From NCBI GenBank assembly GCA_013239625.1, contig MU057347.1:12357388-12421387 (forward strand): 64,000 nt of DNA, written 5' to 3'. Shown here in pieces: positions 37,402-49,819 of the stretch (position 1 is its first letter; the number at the start of each line of letters is the position of its first letter). Made by a program: the position numbers and the translations under genes. The notes below the pieces were generated by a model, which made no database searches, was not told the DNA's origin, and saw nothing but the letters and a program-made list of their open reading frames with translations. This DNA comes from Lama guanicoe. Taxonomy: Eukaryota.

Positions 37402-37595
37402 GCAGATTTTCTCCACCTCAGAACAGTTGTCAGTTAGAATTGGATAATTCTTTGTTGTGAGGGGCTGTCCTGTAAACTGTAGGATGTTTAACAGCTGGAT
37501 GCCAGTAGCACATGTCCTGCTCCCTCTCCAATGACAACCAAAAATGTCTCCAGACATTGCCAAGTGTCCAAGATTACTTCCGTTAAGAATCCCTG
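37402..37595 (+). mobile_element. MER20-like hAT-Charlie MITE
   Basis: GGATAATTCTTTGTTGTGAGGGGCTGTCCTGT..TGTAGGATGTTTA..GACAACCAAAAATGTCTCCAGACATTGCCAA. Confidence 0.9.
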
Positions 37596-37601
37596 CCTTT
37601 G

Positions 37602-37688
37602 GGAGTCGGAATAGCTCAGTGGTAGAGCATATGCTTCGTGTGCATGAGGTCCTGGGTTTAATCCCCAGTATCTCCATTAAAAAAAAAA
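37602..37688 (+). mobile_element. tRNA-derived SINE (Vic-1-like), short form
   Basis: ATAGCTCAGTGGTAGAG..GGGTTTAATCCCCAGTATCTCCATT(A)n; TSD AATCCCTGCCTTTG (37588-37601) / AATCACTGCCTTTG (37689-37702). Confidence 0.88.
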
Positions 37689-38823
37689 AATCACTGCCTT
37701 TGATCGCTCACAGTTTCTATGGGACAGTAAAAGCCCTTTTTTGCTTACTCCTGTTTGAGCTGGGTTTCTGTGCTTGTCTCCAAGGGACTTTCTGCCCAAA
37801 GGAAAGCTGGACCTGTAGGATGTAGGGGGGCATTTAATAAAAGGGGCCTGATGGCAGCAGTGAATGACAGGATACCTGCTGTCAAGAAGCCAGTTCTAAA
37901 CTGAGCTGAGCCGTCTTATAGTCTGCAGGTATATTCCGAGGGGGTGAGACAGACAGCCTCATACCTCAGCTGGTTGGTGATGAGAAACTGCTCATGACAG
38001 CTTCCCAGGGAGAGAAAGAGGCAGAGTGAGATCTCCTGGGGCCACCTCCTTACACCCTCCCATCCTCTCTTGTTCCATAAGACGTTCTATTGAGACTCAG
38101 ATGAACTGCAGCTCCAGCTTGGCCTTTGAGGCATGCGAGGCCCCCAGGGTGCCACGGTGGGTGCGCTCCCCTGCAGTTATAGAGAGAAGGGTAGTATCTG
38201 CTGGGTGATTAAAAGAACGTTTGCTACTATAATAACCAGTCCCAAACCGGTACAGGGCTTCAGTCATCTGCAAAAAATGGGGAAAAAAAAATCACTGACA
38301 CAAGTAAATATTTCTAGACATTCCCAAACATCTAAACATTTGGCATTTTGGCGGTGTGTCTTGCCTGGAAATCCTCCTCCTTCTCCCCAGGCCCCGTGGG
38401 GACCCTGATGTGGACACAATGATGCTACTGGGATCCTGATCCATGTGTCACGTGAGAGGCCCTCACCCAAGGAAAGTTCTGGCCCTCGGTTGTTCTAACT
38501 TGGAATGAGGCTGGCGGTGAGATGCTGGCCCCGTTGCTCTATCTGTGTTCACAAAGAGAGAAGGAAAAAGTGGGCAGGAGAGGCAGGTTGGTGGGGGCTG
38601 ATGACGTGGAGACAGAAGCTCAGTTGAGATTTAAATCCCTGGTGTTTTGGAAGGTGCAGGAGAGCTGAGTCAGGGGCTCGCCTTAGACTCTTAAATCTCC
38701 CTTTTCTCCAGGGAAGACCTCAGTTCACCACCATCTTTGATGGGGGAAAGGTTGGAGGCCCTGAGCTCCCGTCCTCAGCTGGGAACTCCTATACTCATCA
38801 CTTCTCAGATCTTGCAATGGATT

Positions 38824-38975
38824 CAGGGCCGGGACTGAGATAAGACAGGTAAGGCACAAAAATTGGGGGGTAATCGAGATAAATATGATTTTAATGCAGT
38901 ATTTGAAAATCAAAACTGATGCAAAAAAAATCCTTAATGAACAAAATAAAGAATTTTAAAATAAGATAGGATCTG
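38824..38975 (+). mobile_element. hAT-Tip100 MITE fragment (MER91-like)
   Basis: Terminal CAGGGCCGGGACT followed by an AT-rich body. Confidence 0.5.
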
Positions 38976-39889
38976 TTGTTTTACTTGGAATTAAAATTTG
39001 AGACGTATGCCTCAAACTTCCTGATTGCGTAAACGAATCTTTCTTTTTAAGTATTATGATGAACACCATGGCTTATTAAACAAACAAAAATAACCCTAAG
39101 AAGCCAATTTATATCGGACACCAACTTGTGATTTTTTTTGAAATCAAATGAACTGGATTTTCACAATATTGTATGATCTGAATAGATGTTTTGTCTGAGT
39201 CATTCATTGCTAGAAAGGCCCAATGGAGTTAGTTGACAAAAGGAATGATCAAAACAATCTCAAACTCTAATCCCAACTGCAAGCCCTTTTGAGGTTTATA
39301 AATCCAGCCACCAAAATTCTTGCAGTCAACTCAGGATCCACACTCCCTCTGGCCCAAAGGACCCTCCCTGTGTCTTAGCGGCGTGTTCCAGAAGTGAAGA
39401 GTATTTCTCAGGTCTGCAGAAACCCAGAGAAGAAAACTCATTTTATGATCTGAAGGGAGATGAAAGGCATGTCTTAATAGCGCATTTCAAATGCATTCGT
39501 GCTCATCACAGAAGCAGCCGAGGTCCCTACATTATTTAGAAAGCTGCAGGAGAGGGAATAATGAATGCAGAATACGTGGGCGACTCATTTTGATTTTTTA
39601 AAAATGCAACTGAGCCAGAGAAAGCTTCACAGAAGATCTAAAGGCAAAATAAATTCTCTGTCGTTTGCAAAGTCAAGGCAGTAAGGAGGTGATTAAGCAA
39701 AAACAAACCTGAGATTTCACCTGAAAAAAAATTGAGCATTTTCATCTTTGAACAGGTGAAGAAAATGCCATCAAAGGGTGTCTGAGGGGCAAGGAAACTG
39801 TTAGGAAAATGGGAATTCTGTGCTCTGAGCTGTTCACAGCTCTGTCCCTGGAGTGTGAAATTAGTGACTGAAGGCAGATTTCACAGGCA

Positions 39890-40120
39890 CTTTCGCCGAG
39901 CGTGTTGGGGCCGCGGTGGATTTGCGACGGGGCCTCTCAGCCAAGTCCTGCCCACTTGCAAGCTGCTGTCCTTATTCATGCAAAGCACAGATAATCCTGG
40001 GTGTCTGGGTTTTACATTTATACTGAACGCAGCCTCTCTCCTTCCTATTGGAGTGAGTCTAGAGCGGAGTGTATGGCGGAGTGGGGGCGGGGCGGAGTGG
40101 GCGTGGCGGGGGCGGAGCAT
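39890..40120. promoter_or_regulatory. GC-box/CCAAT cluster, promoter- or enhancer-like
   Basis: ATTGG at 40047; GGGGCGGGGC at 40084; GGGCGTGGC at 40099; GGGGCGGAGC at 40109; local CpG enrichment. Confidence 0.45.
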
Positions 40121-40874
40121 CTCTGAGACCAACATTCTCATCAACCTCGTAATTACTGTTAAGAAAAAACCCATCCACAAGGATTGCATTCATTGGAAAT
40201 GTTGGGAAAATGTATAGAAAATAGGAATATGGTTAAAAATGTTAAAACATCCCCCAGGGCGACAAGGAATTCTCTGAGTCTGGATTTTGAGTCTGAGACA
40301 ATGGATGATTGCTTCCACCTTTCCCATCCCACCGTGATTCTGGAGAACTGGTCTGGGGAAGTTTAACAGAAGAGAGAAAATTCGGGAAACGGCGAACTGG
40401 GAGAGGTGGTGGTTCCTCCTGATTTGCTCCTTGTCGGTCTTGGTCTCAACTACGTGGCCACACACAAGGCAACCGAACAAATGGAAATGTGACCTTTTAC
40501 ACTTTGACCTGGCTGGAGTTAGGTGGCAGAACTGAGCTCGGCCACCAGGTAAAGAGACCGTTCTTAACAGGCCCCAGAATACAGTTACCCCAATAGTCAG
40601 AGGAAGCAATCATCTCGGGAGAAAGTCTTCTCACTTTAGCATTTTCGGAAGCACTTTGGACTGTTCCATTAAGTTTTGAGAGCACTGTATTTTCTAAACA
40701 CAACCCAAAATCATTAACAAATCATTTCCCTCTCAAATGGAGTATTCTCTCTTTCCTGGTCTCCTGAGTGGTGGCAGGTGTTTGGCACGGTTTGAACTTT
40801 GAACACCCTTGTGGCAAATTTGAGACAAAGTAAGAATCAACACCGAGCTCTCCAACACACGCTGTAAATCAACT

Positions 40875-41930
40875 GTGGATCAGAATGATTTTTGTACAAA
40901 TAACAGAAACGCACACTCAAACTGGCTTAAACAATTACGTAGTCCATTGGTTCCCATCAGTCAAAAGGTGAATCAGCCCTTGGAAGATGTCTTCAAGGGT
41001 CAGATCCTTTCCTTGTCTGCCCTGCCCTTCTGGGTTGCCTTCAGCCCAAGGCTGGAAATCCTCCTGGGTCTTGGAGGCCACTGGTGTCTGGAAGAAGAAA
41101 TCAGGTCAAAGAAAACTTTGGAGGTTTCTCAGAAGAGCAAGCAGGAAGTGTTGTGGGCACAAGGTGTCCAGCTGGTGATGCAGGTTGGTAAAAGAATTAC
41201 CAGAGACCGAGAAAAGTTTAGGAAAGTTTAATAGGTCTACAGGCTACAGGAAATGGGGCCACACAGATGAGAGGTGCCTGCGTGAGCGCCAAGGGTGGGT
41301 GGGCAGGTCTTTTATTAGGGGGAAGGGGCTGTGCACACAAGGAGGAGGGGCTGCACGATCACTTCGTGTACAGGGACCTGATTAATTGTAAGATCTGTCA
41401 GGGACTTCTCTGAACAAGAGGTTTTACGACTTTGATCAGGGCAGGATATGAGGCCTGCCTGCCCAGGGTATTGTGAGCTGGGCTACCTCCTGGGGCCATG
41501 AGTTTTGTTAGGGTAGACACACATCAAGAGAAGTTGTTTTATATCTTGCAGAAGTGCAGGTATGCAAAGGGTCCTGCAAGGGGTGGGGGGAGTGGGAGTT
41601 AAGGTGTCAATGGCTCCAGGCACACAGGGAGCCCCGGAGTGGGGGTTTTATGACTCTAGAGAGTGCTAGCTGGTGCCACAGGAAGTTTCCAGAAAGTACC
41701 AGCAAAGCCCTTCTTGAATCTCCTTGGTCTCAGCTGTATTCCATGTCTGCTCCTGACCAAATCACTGTCAGGGGGAAATGGGGGGTTCCCCTAGAACCGT
41801 GCTCTAGCTGGGGTGGGGTGGGCTTGGCTTCTCTGCGTCACGGGATTTGAAAGGAACAGGGGGTTCCTGAGAAGTCAAGAAACTTTTTAGTGTAAGGCTG
41901 GGATGTAGATGCTGGCAAGCAGTCCACGAC
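40875..41930 (-). mobile_element. MaLR LTR (MLT1-type) interrupted by a younger LTR
   Basis: AATAACAGAAAC..ACTCAAACTGGCTTAAACA at the left; CCATGTCTGCTCCTGACCAAATCACTGT after 41660. Confidence 0.6.
41149..41660 (-). mobile_element. Solo ERV1-type LTR (about 510 bp)
   Basis: TGTTG start; TTTAAT (ATTAAA on the minus strand) near 41228; CTTTTATT (TATA-like on the minus strand) near 41310; TTTTATGACTCTA end. Confidence 0.6.
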
Positions 41931-42002
41931 ATCCTCTACTGTCTAGGGAAAATCACTCTTTCCTCTCCACTACCCTCACTGAAGGAAAATTCTGTTTTTT
42001 TT

Positions 42003-42694
42003 NNNNNNNNNNNNNNNNNNNNNNNNNNNNNNNNNNNNNNNNNNNNNNNNNNNNNNNNNNNNNNNNNNNNNNNNNNNNNNNNNNNNNNNNNNNNNNNNNN
42101 NNNNNNNNNNNNNNNNNNNNNNNNNNNNNNNNNNNNNNNNNNNNNNNNNNNNNNNNNNNNNNNNNNNNNNNNNNNNNNNNNNNNNNNNNNNNNNNNNNNN
42201 NNNNNNNNNNNNNNNNNNNNNNNNNNNNNNNNNNNNNNNNNNNNNNNNNNNNNNNNNNNNNNNNNNNNNNNNNNNNNNNNNNNNNNNNNNNNNNNNNNNN
42301 NNNNNNNNNNNNNNNNNNNNNNNNNNNNNNNNNNNNNNNNNNNNNNNNNNNNNNNNNNNNNNNNNNNNNNNNNNNNNNNNNNNNNNNNNNNNNNNNNNNN
42401 NNNNNNNNNNNNNNNNNNNNNNNNNNNNNNNNNNNNNNNNNNNNNNNNNNNNNNNNNNNNNNNNNNNNNNNNNNNNNNNNNNNNNNNNNNNNNNNNNNNN
42501 NNNNNNNNNNNNNNNNNNNNNNNNNNNNNNNNNNNNNNNNNNNNNNNNNNNNNNNNNNNNNNNNNNNNNNNNNNNNNNNNNNNNNNNNNNNNNNNNNNNN
42601 NNNNNNNNNNNNNNNNNNNNNNNNNNNNNNNNNNNNNNNNNNNNNNNNNNNNNNNNNNNNNNNNNNNNNNNNNNNNNNNNNNNNNNNNNNNNNN
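42003..42694. other. Assembly gap
   Basis: Run of N. Confidence 1.
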
Positions 42695-45600
42695 TTCAAG
42701 GGTCCCTCTTTCTGTCCATGGACCCTCAGTCAAAGTTTGGTTAAGTAACCTGAAGCCCCACTCACTACAGTTCAGCTTGGATATTTGGAGTCCAGGTTGG
42801 AGGGGATGGAGAGGAAAGATTTAGAACCGGACAACTCCAGCCAAAGCCCAGGAAATTCATCATCTAGGTGACCGGGACTTGGTGGCTCTGTCCCAGGGAG
42901 GGACAAGTTGGGGACATCTTACAGGAGAATGGGTTTGAGAACGAAGTCCCGACACCCACAGGTCACGTGCCCCGAAGGATGCTGCCATGAGCCTTGACAG
43001 AGCCCCAGCTGGGAGCCTGCGAATGAGCTAAAGAAAAAGAGTAGACGGAGGTGCGCTGCTTTCCATAAATGAAGGATTCTCTAAGAAAATAGTTCCTCAT
43101 GCTGATGGGCACTGCAGTCTTGGGAGGATTTCCAAATGCAAATGCACATAACCTCTGCTGAGCCAGGGCCCCCCGGCCAAGCTCCAGACGGTGAATCCAG
43201 AACTTAAAAGATAAAAGACCACCCACTCCAAATCACATTAGGGAAATTAGTTCTTTTTCTTTTTGGTTTTTAAGTGCTATATTATTAATATTTTTGGTAG
43301 ACATTCTTGTAAGACTTGGGCAATCGTTGATTGGTTTTCTGCTTGGTGTTTGTTTACTTTGTTTTGTTTTGGGGTCAGAACTGTTTGTAAGCAACAGGGA
43401 CCGACTCTGGTTACCAGAATAAACCTGCTTCAAGGGCTTTTGGTGATGCGGTCACACCGTTTAAGACTGTGCTTCAAAACACGGCTTCTGAGACATGCAA
43501 ACAGATTGTCCAAGCGTGGGTCAGTGCCCACCCCTTGAGGGGGACCAGGTGCCTTGATGGGCTGGTCTTCCAGACTGTATCCAATGGCGAAAGCTTTGTT
43601 CCCGCAAAGAGAATTGGGATGTTGTTATCGGAGAAAGAGAAAAACCTGATGGCGGTATTCCATGGAAACCAGTGGTCCTCAACCCAACTAACTCAATACC
43701 CCCTTTAATGACAAGCATTGTACAATGCTGCCTCACACTCCTGAAATGAAATGCATGGATAATATGACTGACTTAGACACGTAATTTGAAGAATCAGAAT
43801 GTTGTCCTAGATACAACTTCAGGGAGAAATAAAGGGGCACTAACTTGGAGAATGTTGCTTAGAATAAAAATAATGAGACAACAGAATTATACAGAATTCA
43901 AGAATAATAAATGCTCAGTGCTCAGGAGTGGCTACCCTGCAAGATTTAAAGAATCAGTGAGGTGTTTGCTTTTGCTTCCGATGAATGTCTGGATTTAAGG
44001 GCAGCGAGATGATCGGAAGCCAGCCTGCACAAGACATAAAAGAAATGAAAGAACAGATGTGGGGTGGACGCTGGAATAAAGACTGTTGGATGTACATTAA
44101 CAGATGTAACAGATACTTTCATCCTCTGGAGGTGGGTTTGAGTCGCAGTTAATTATACACAGAGTTTTTACTTGTGGGAGTATTCAGAGGGACATTTAAA
44201 AGCCATGGGGGACACAGTGGGACCGTCTTGCACGTGGCAGGAGTTGTGGCATCCCTGAGCTCCTCTCTATTAAATGCCTCTGTAGGGAAAGAATTGGGAA
44301 AGATTTTGAAATTTATGAGGGTATCTTAACTAACCCGTCAACTCAGGTGATCCTCACCTTCCATTGGCTTTGACCAGGCTGTTTTACAATTCTGTAAAGA
44401 CAGAAGTTAATCTGTAGCCAACTGATAGCAGCAAACAATTCCTACCCATGGAAATGCACAGTATATGGTGGTGGTTGGCGGGGCGTGGGGGTGGGATTTC
44501 TACTCCTTTGCCCCATTAGGGAAGAAGCCAGTTCTGCATCCATTAATCAGATTCGTTTCAGCATTCCTAATAGCATATCATTATGTCTACACTTTGCATT
44601 TTCCTTCGAATTGGTTTTAAAACCTTTCTGGTTCCCTCTTTCATTGCTGAGTGAAATAAAACCACTGACATATTCACTTCATGTCTGCAGGACATTCATG
44701 ATTTTGCCTTTAAAAAAATCATTCTTTAACAATCCCAATCATTGTGCAACCCAAAATTAACTTTTTGAACCCCCACACCATATGCATTGTGAGCCACTGC
44801 GTTCACACACACACACGCCTGCGCGCGACAAACCTAAAGAGACTTATCCCATTTTCTCATCTCTGTCTTGTGGCTGGTGGGGTAATAGTGACTAAACACT
44901 ACGTTGCTCCTAACTTTTCAACATCCTGCTTTGGGCTTTTAGGGTTCGAAACCCCAACCTGAATGTGGAGTTCTTGAGATCACACTGTATTCATAGCTAT
45001 TTTTATTTAACCCAAATCCTCAGCTTTTTGGCTCTTATGTGAAAGAAAATCACAGTTCCAGGGATGACCCACCACCCCTCGACATTCCTGTGAAAGGGAA
45101 TTACATCCTGTGTAATTCCAATCTTCTCAGCCACGGGTATTTCTTTGGTGTCGTGGCGTATTTTTAAGCATCAAAGGCAGAAGAAGGAGAAAATCCAAGG
45201 AGACCACCCCCAAAGTCTGAAATCCTGTTAAACCTCAGACAAAACCAAACCCACCAGGGCTTGACAGAGTAAGTGCACACAGAAAAGACGCAGTCTTAGG
45301 GGTGAGATTCCGCGGGTTCCGTTGTAACCCCCGATTCCTTCCCTCTGGACAGCAGGGGACGGGGAGGGTTTCCTATCTTCCAGGTATTCTGGTTGGGCTA
45401 CTTGGAATGGAAGGGACCCTCCTTTGATCTTTTCAGTGCCCACTGTCATAGCCCTGGTCCTTTCAGGAGGGAGGGGCAGGAAGTCATCACCAGAGGCGCA
45501 CAGCAGAACGGGAAACGCGGCTGCACATCTCCTAGCTCTGCTTTTTAAAATCAGCATCCTGACAAATTCAGGTCATGCCACTAGATCAGGAAGTCAGGCT

Positions 45601-45902
45601 GAGGAGGATGAGATCACCTTCCTCAAATCCTTACACCCTCATCCATGTAAGACATACTTCCAGTACAGAGAGGAGTGTCTGTCTGAAGCACTTTTCTGGA
45701 GGGTTTTACGATACTAGAATAGTAATATTCGCTGTTAAAGACCCAAATACTCAAAAATGCTAAGAAAAGAAAAGTGTAATTTGAATGCATGACGGAGTAT
45801 AGCTAAGGCGCTGGTCCCCGTGTGCTGTGTCTGTGTGCCTGTCTCTGCTCCTTGGCACAGCCTCAGCCTCTCTCTGCTCCATCCCCCCCAGCGCCCCCCC
45901 AG

Positions 45903-46142
45903 NNNNNNNNNNNNNNNNNNNNNNNNNNNNNNNNNNNNNNNNNNNNNNNNNNNNNNNNNNNNNNNNNNNNNNNNNNNNNNNNNNNNNNNNNNNNNNNNNN
46001 NNNNNNNNNNNNNNNNNNNNNNNNNNNNNNNNNNNNNNNNNNNNNNNNNNNNNNNNNNNNNNNNNNNNNNNNNNNNNNNNNNNNNNNNNNNNNNNNNNNN
46101 NNNNNNNNNNNNNNNNNNNNNNNNNNNNNNNNNNNNNNNNNN
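45903..46142. other. Assembly gap
   Basis: Run of N. Confidence 1.
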
Positions 46143-47900
46143 CACAGCCCCGCCCCCATCCACTCCGCTCTCTTCTCTAACATCTTCCCAGGGAGACCCG
46201 CCACCCACCTCCATCCCTCTTTGTCTTCTAATTCCACTGTATTTCCTCTAAACATTTTTCGTTTCTTGACATTCTATTATAATTCTATTTTTTGTCGTTG
46301 TTATTGGTTATTGTCATTTTTCCCATTAAAAGGTCAGGTCCAAGAGGTTGGGGATTTAGTTTTGTTCACTGCTGTGGCTCCAGTGCCAAGGACAGACCTT
46401 GTGTTTGTGTTGACCTGAGTCTACCATCCTTTGCAGGACCAGTCTTAGTCTCACAACCTTCTCAAGACTTTTGGGATGACCATCAGAGTCAGCCCCTCTT
46501 TCCTCAATGGCTTCACCGTATTCCTGCAGCCCACACGTACTTTTTCAGCCTCTGGGTGTGAGTTTTTACACTCAGCCAAAGGACCAGGTCAGGGAAGACA
46601 ACAGAATGCCTGCCTTACGGAGTCACCATCTTCCAGGGGGAAATGGGGATTAAACAGGTTACTTGTATCTCTGTCTCATTCCTGGACATCCTTCTATCTC
46701 ATCTTACTGTTACTTCATCTGTTCAAAAACAATTTTTGTTGGGGAGGGGCTTACCATTTGACAGAGACTGAGCTAGTCTCTGGGGGGACTGAAAAAATGA
46801 ATAGACGATTAAAATTATTTTTAAAGGACTCATAGTATACTTAGTAGTGACATGGTAGAGGCAGGCATGACATGAAAATAGTAGTAACGTGGGATGTGTG
46901 CTATCATAGAGATGGAAGGATTAACTTTTGGGCTGAGGATGGTAGTAGAACAGTGAGGGAGAAATCAGAGAAGGCTTTGTGGAAGAGGTGATAAGTCCCA
47001 AGGGATGAGTAGGAGCTCACCAGGAGAAGTGGGACTGAGAGGGAAAGGCATTTGAGCAGAGGGAACAGACTGTGCCAACTCTATGGAGGTCAAAGAGCTG
47101 CTGCTGATGAAAGAGTATGACCTTTGGGAAAGTGACAAAGCCTTCTAAATGATGCCTCAACTTTTCATGTCCCTCTCCAGCCCAATCCAATCCACTCCAA
47201 TCCACTCCAATCCAATCCTGAGGTATCTTTTAAGAGTCGGCCAAGTGCAAGGCATTGTGGAAGATGCAAAGAAGCACAAAGTACATCCCTTGCCCTAAGG
47301 GAGCCCTGAATCTAGCCAGGAAGGCACGCAGACATGTAAAGGGAAGCAAGTGTCAAAGAGCTGATTCGTGTTCAAGGTACCACTAGATGATCACTGAGCA
47401 CATGCTGTGGATCTGTGCCCAATTCACTTGGTAGAGAAAGAGTGGCAAAACTCATTAACAACCAGGCCATTCATTCGTTCATTCACCTAACAAAGATGTA
47501 TTGAGCACTTACATGATGCGCGTGGCACAGTTTGGTTATTTGGGAGAGAGAGGTGACCAGGAAAGATGAGATTCCCTGCTTTCATGAGCTTACACAGAAA
47601 ATTCACCCCAAACACGAGTGAATGGATGAGTAAGCAAGACCTTTCCAGATGATGACAGCACTATGAAGAAATATAAAAGGGGGCGGACTAGCAGAGGGTG
47701 GGGCAGCAGCACGGGGCCCCTAAGACACTGTGTCCCTCTGACCTGCTGTGGGGAGTAAAGGCAGAGGTCAGTGTGTGAAGATGGGGTGGAGGGAGCAGCG
47801 AGGACAAAGTCTGCAATGGGGACATCACCTGGGTGGAACAGCAGGGCTGGTGCAGGATGATCAGTCAGGCCGGGAGGCAGGCAGGGCTGGGGCTGGGGTC
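46143..47900. mobile_element. Cluster of L2 fragments in both orientations
   Basis: TTTGTTCACTGCTG..CCAGTGCC (plus, about 46360); GCAGAGGGAACAG (minus, about 47055); CATTCATTCGTTCATTCA tail (about 47468). Confidence 0.6.
47182..47218. repeat. (CCAAT/CCACT)n pentamer microsatellite
   Basis: Read directly from the sequence. Confidence 0.85.
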
Positions 47901-48459
47901 AGCCTCGAAGTCCCATGGGGAAGCACTCTGTCCTCACTGGGAAAGAAAGGGGCCCGATCTTTCATTTTTAACTCACTGCTTGGAGGTATCTGTTCCTTCT
48001 CTTACTGGAAACTTCTGGGAAGAAAAGTGTTCAAGGCATTGAATTTCGTTTGGGCTATTAGAGCCCACTGAGGTATTCTGTTCCCGTCCCCGCGGGCCCT
48101 TCTCCTTCCTGCCCTTGGCTCTCCCCGTCCACCTGGCCTGTCCACGCGGTGACAGCTCGCCCTCCGACACCGCGTCCCTAAGCCACCCAATTTCCTGTGC
48201 GTTATTAAAATCGTTCAGACACAAGATCCAGGTGCAGCTGTTATCTTACTGTGGATCCGGACAGGAAAGGATCAGGCAGAGGAAAGGAAAGAGTAAAATC
48301 CTGTGATGTCAGGTCATGTCAGCCCAGCCAGTGAGACAAGGGCCGGCGGGTCCCTGGTTGTGATGGTTCCTCGGGCGCTTGGAGCAAGGATGCTTTCAAA
48401 CAATGACACCAGAGTGACTCATTCAGGGAGGGGCTCACATATGCTTGGGGCAATAATTA

Positions 48460-48680
48460 TATCAGCCAGCACTTAGTGAGCACCTGCTGTGTGCCAGGCC
48501 AGGCTCCAGCACAATCGGGCATCCCCTCACTTAATCCTCACAACAGCCCTTGGCCAGGAGGGCTGCTGTTGGCCTCGTTTCACAGGTGAGGACACAGGCC
48601 CAGGGTGGTGAAGTGTTTGCGGCTTGTCACAGAGCTACTGAGAGATGGAACCTGGATGTAGCTGCAGTCTGCTTACCGCA
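48460..48680 (-). mobile_element. MIR
   Basis: TGTGTGCCAGGC..CACTTAATCCTCACAACAGCCCT..TTTCACAGGTGAGGACACAGGC. Confidence 0.85.
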
Positions 48681-48964
48681 CAGCATCTCTGAAAGGCCCA
48701 GCACTGGCAGAATAAAGCACTCCACGTTGTGCTGGAATTACAACAGTCAGGATTCCACACTCCCCTCGCCCCTTCTTATGTGTGATCCTGTACCGAGTAG
48801 CTGTAGCTCAGACACGCCCGCCTCGTGGAAAACAGCTGCCCAGATGTTCTCCATCAGGCTCTGCGTGGGGGTTAACACTCTTCTGCTAAAAGTTGTTTGC
48901 TGCTGACTCTCTGGAGTCTGAGTGTGTGCACATTTGTGCGTGTGTGGGAACAGCAGATACAAGG

Positions 48965-49350
48965 AGGGTCTCTGGAGTCAGACTGACCCGGACTTGCATC
49001 CAGCTCTGTCCTCCCAGCCCACAACGCCCCCGACCTTGCCTCGGCTTCCTCCTCTGTCACACAGGGACAGTCAGTCCCCGCCCCATAGGGTCCATGTGAG
49101 GATTAGGTCAATGAGTCTGTGTGAAGCTCTTAGAAGGGGACTGGACAAATGTCGCCGTGAGCACTGCCTTTCATTGGTCACAAGTCCGATGACTTGGGTG
49201 AGTGCGGAGGGAACCCTCTCTCCCCGCAGGTGGTTCTCATCACGAGCTCAGGGAGGAGCCTCCTGGCCCCATCAGGAACCTCCCTGGGCCTCGGTTTCCT
49301 CCTTGGAAAATGGGTCCATCAGGGAACTTCCTCCACGAGGCTGTCGGGAG
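48965..49350 (+). mobile_element. MIR fragments
   Basis: TCTGGAGTCAGACTG..CCTCGGCTTCCTCCTCTGT..GTGAGGATTA; GGGCCTCGGTTTCCTCCTTGGAAAATGGG. Confidence 0.65.
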
Positions 49351-49611
49351 GACTGGAAGAGCCCCAGAGACACAGGGCGGCAGGCATCAGTCACCATCCT
49401 GTCATCACCTGTCTTGTGCCCAGTCCCCTCCAGCCATGGCGGCCAACTTCCTGTTCCTCCAGAAAGGAACTGCTCCTCTGGCGTCCCGAGTGTGTTCTTA
49501 CCTCATGCCCTTGGCCCTGGCACTCCCCTGCCTGGATCCTCGTCTGGTGGGTTCTCGGGAGCCTCCCCGACCATGGACCTGACAGGGCTCTTCACTGGCC
49601 ACTCTCCATCC

Positions 49612-49819
49612 CAGGGGTCAGCAAGGCACAGTTGGGGCCAAAATCCAGCCTGCTGCCTGTGCTGTAAAAAAAGGATTATTAAAACAGCCACACCGATTTG
49701 CTTACGCTTCACCTGGGACTGCTTCTTACACGGCTGAGCATTGTAACAGAGACCCTGTGTCCCGCAGAGCCTAAAACATTTACCATCTGGCTCTTTATGG
49801 ACAGGTTCAGGGGCCCCTG
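49612..49819. mobile_element. MER58-like hAT-Charlie MITE
   Basis: CAGGGGTCAGCAA...CCCCTG inverted termini; GCCTAAAACATTTACCATCTGGCTCTTTA. Confidence 0.85.

Larger units (their letters stand above)
36980..37790 (+). mobile_element. ERVL LTR (LTR16-like) hosting MER20 and a SINE
   Basis: TTTGAGCTCCTTGACTCAGCCATGCCTGAAGCC before the inserts and TTTGAGCTGGGTTTCTGT after. Confidence 0.55.

Noticed and set aside
37602-37688. Possible tRNA gene
   Set aside because: Has A and B boxes, but also poly(A), a TSD and dispersed copies; it is a SINE
41909-42748. ORFs spanning N runs (also near 18.1, 26.5, 27.2 and 45.9 kb)
   Set aside because: Artefacts of assembly gaps
48922-49737. 271-aa ORF
   Set aside because: Runs through MIR and MER58-like repeats, so it is a chance open frame
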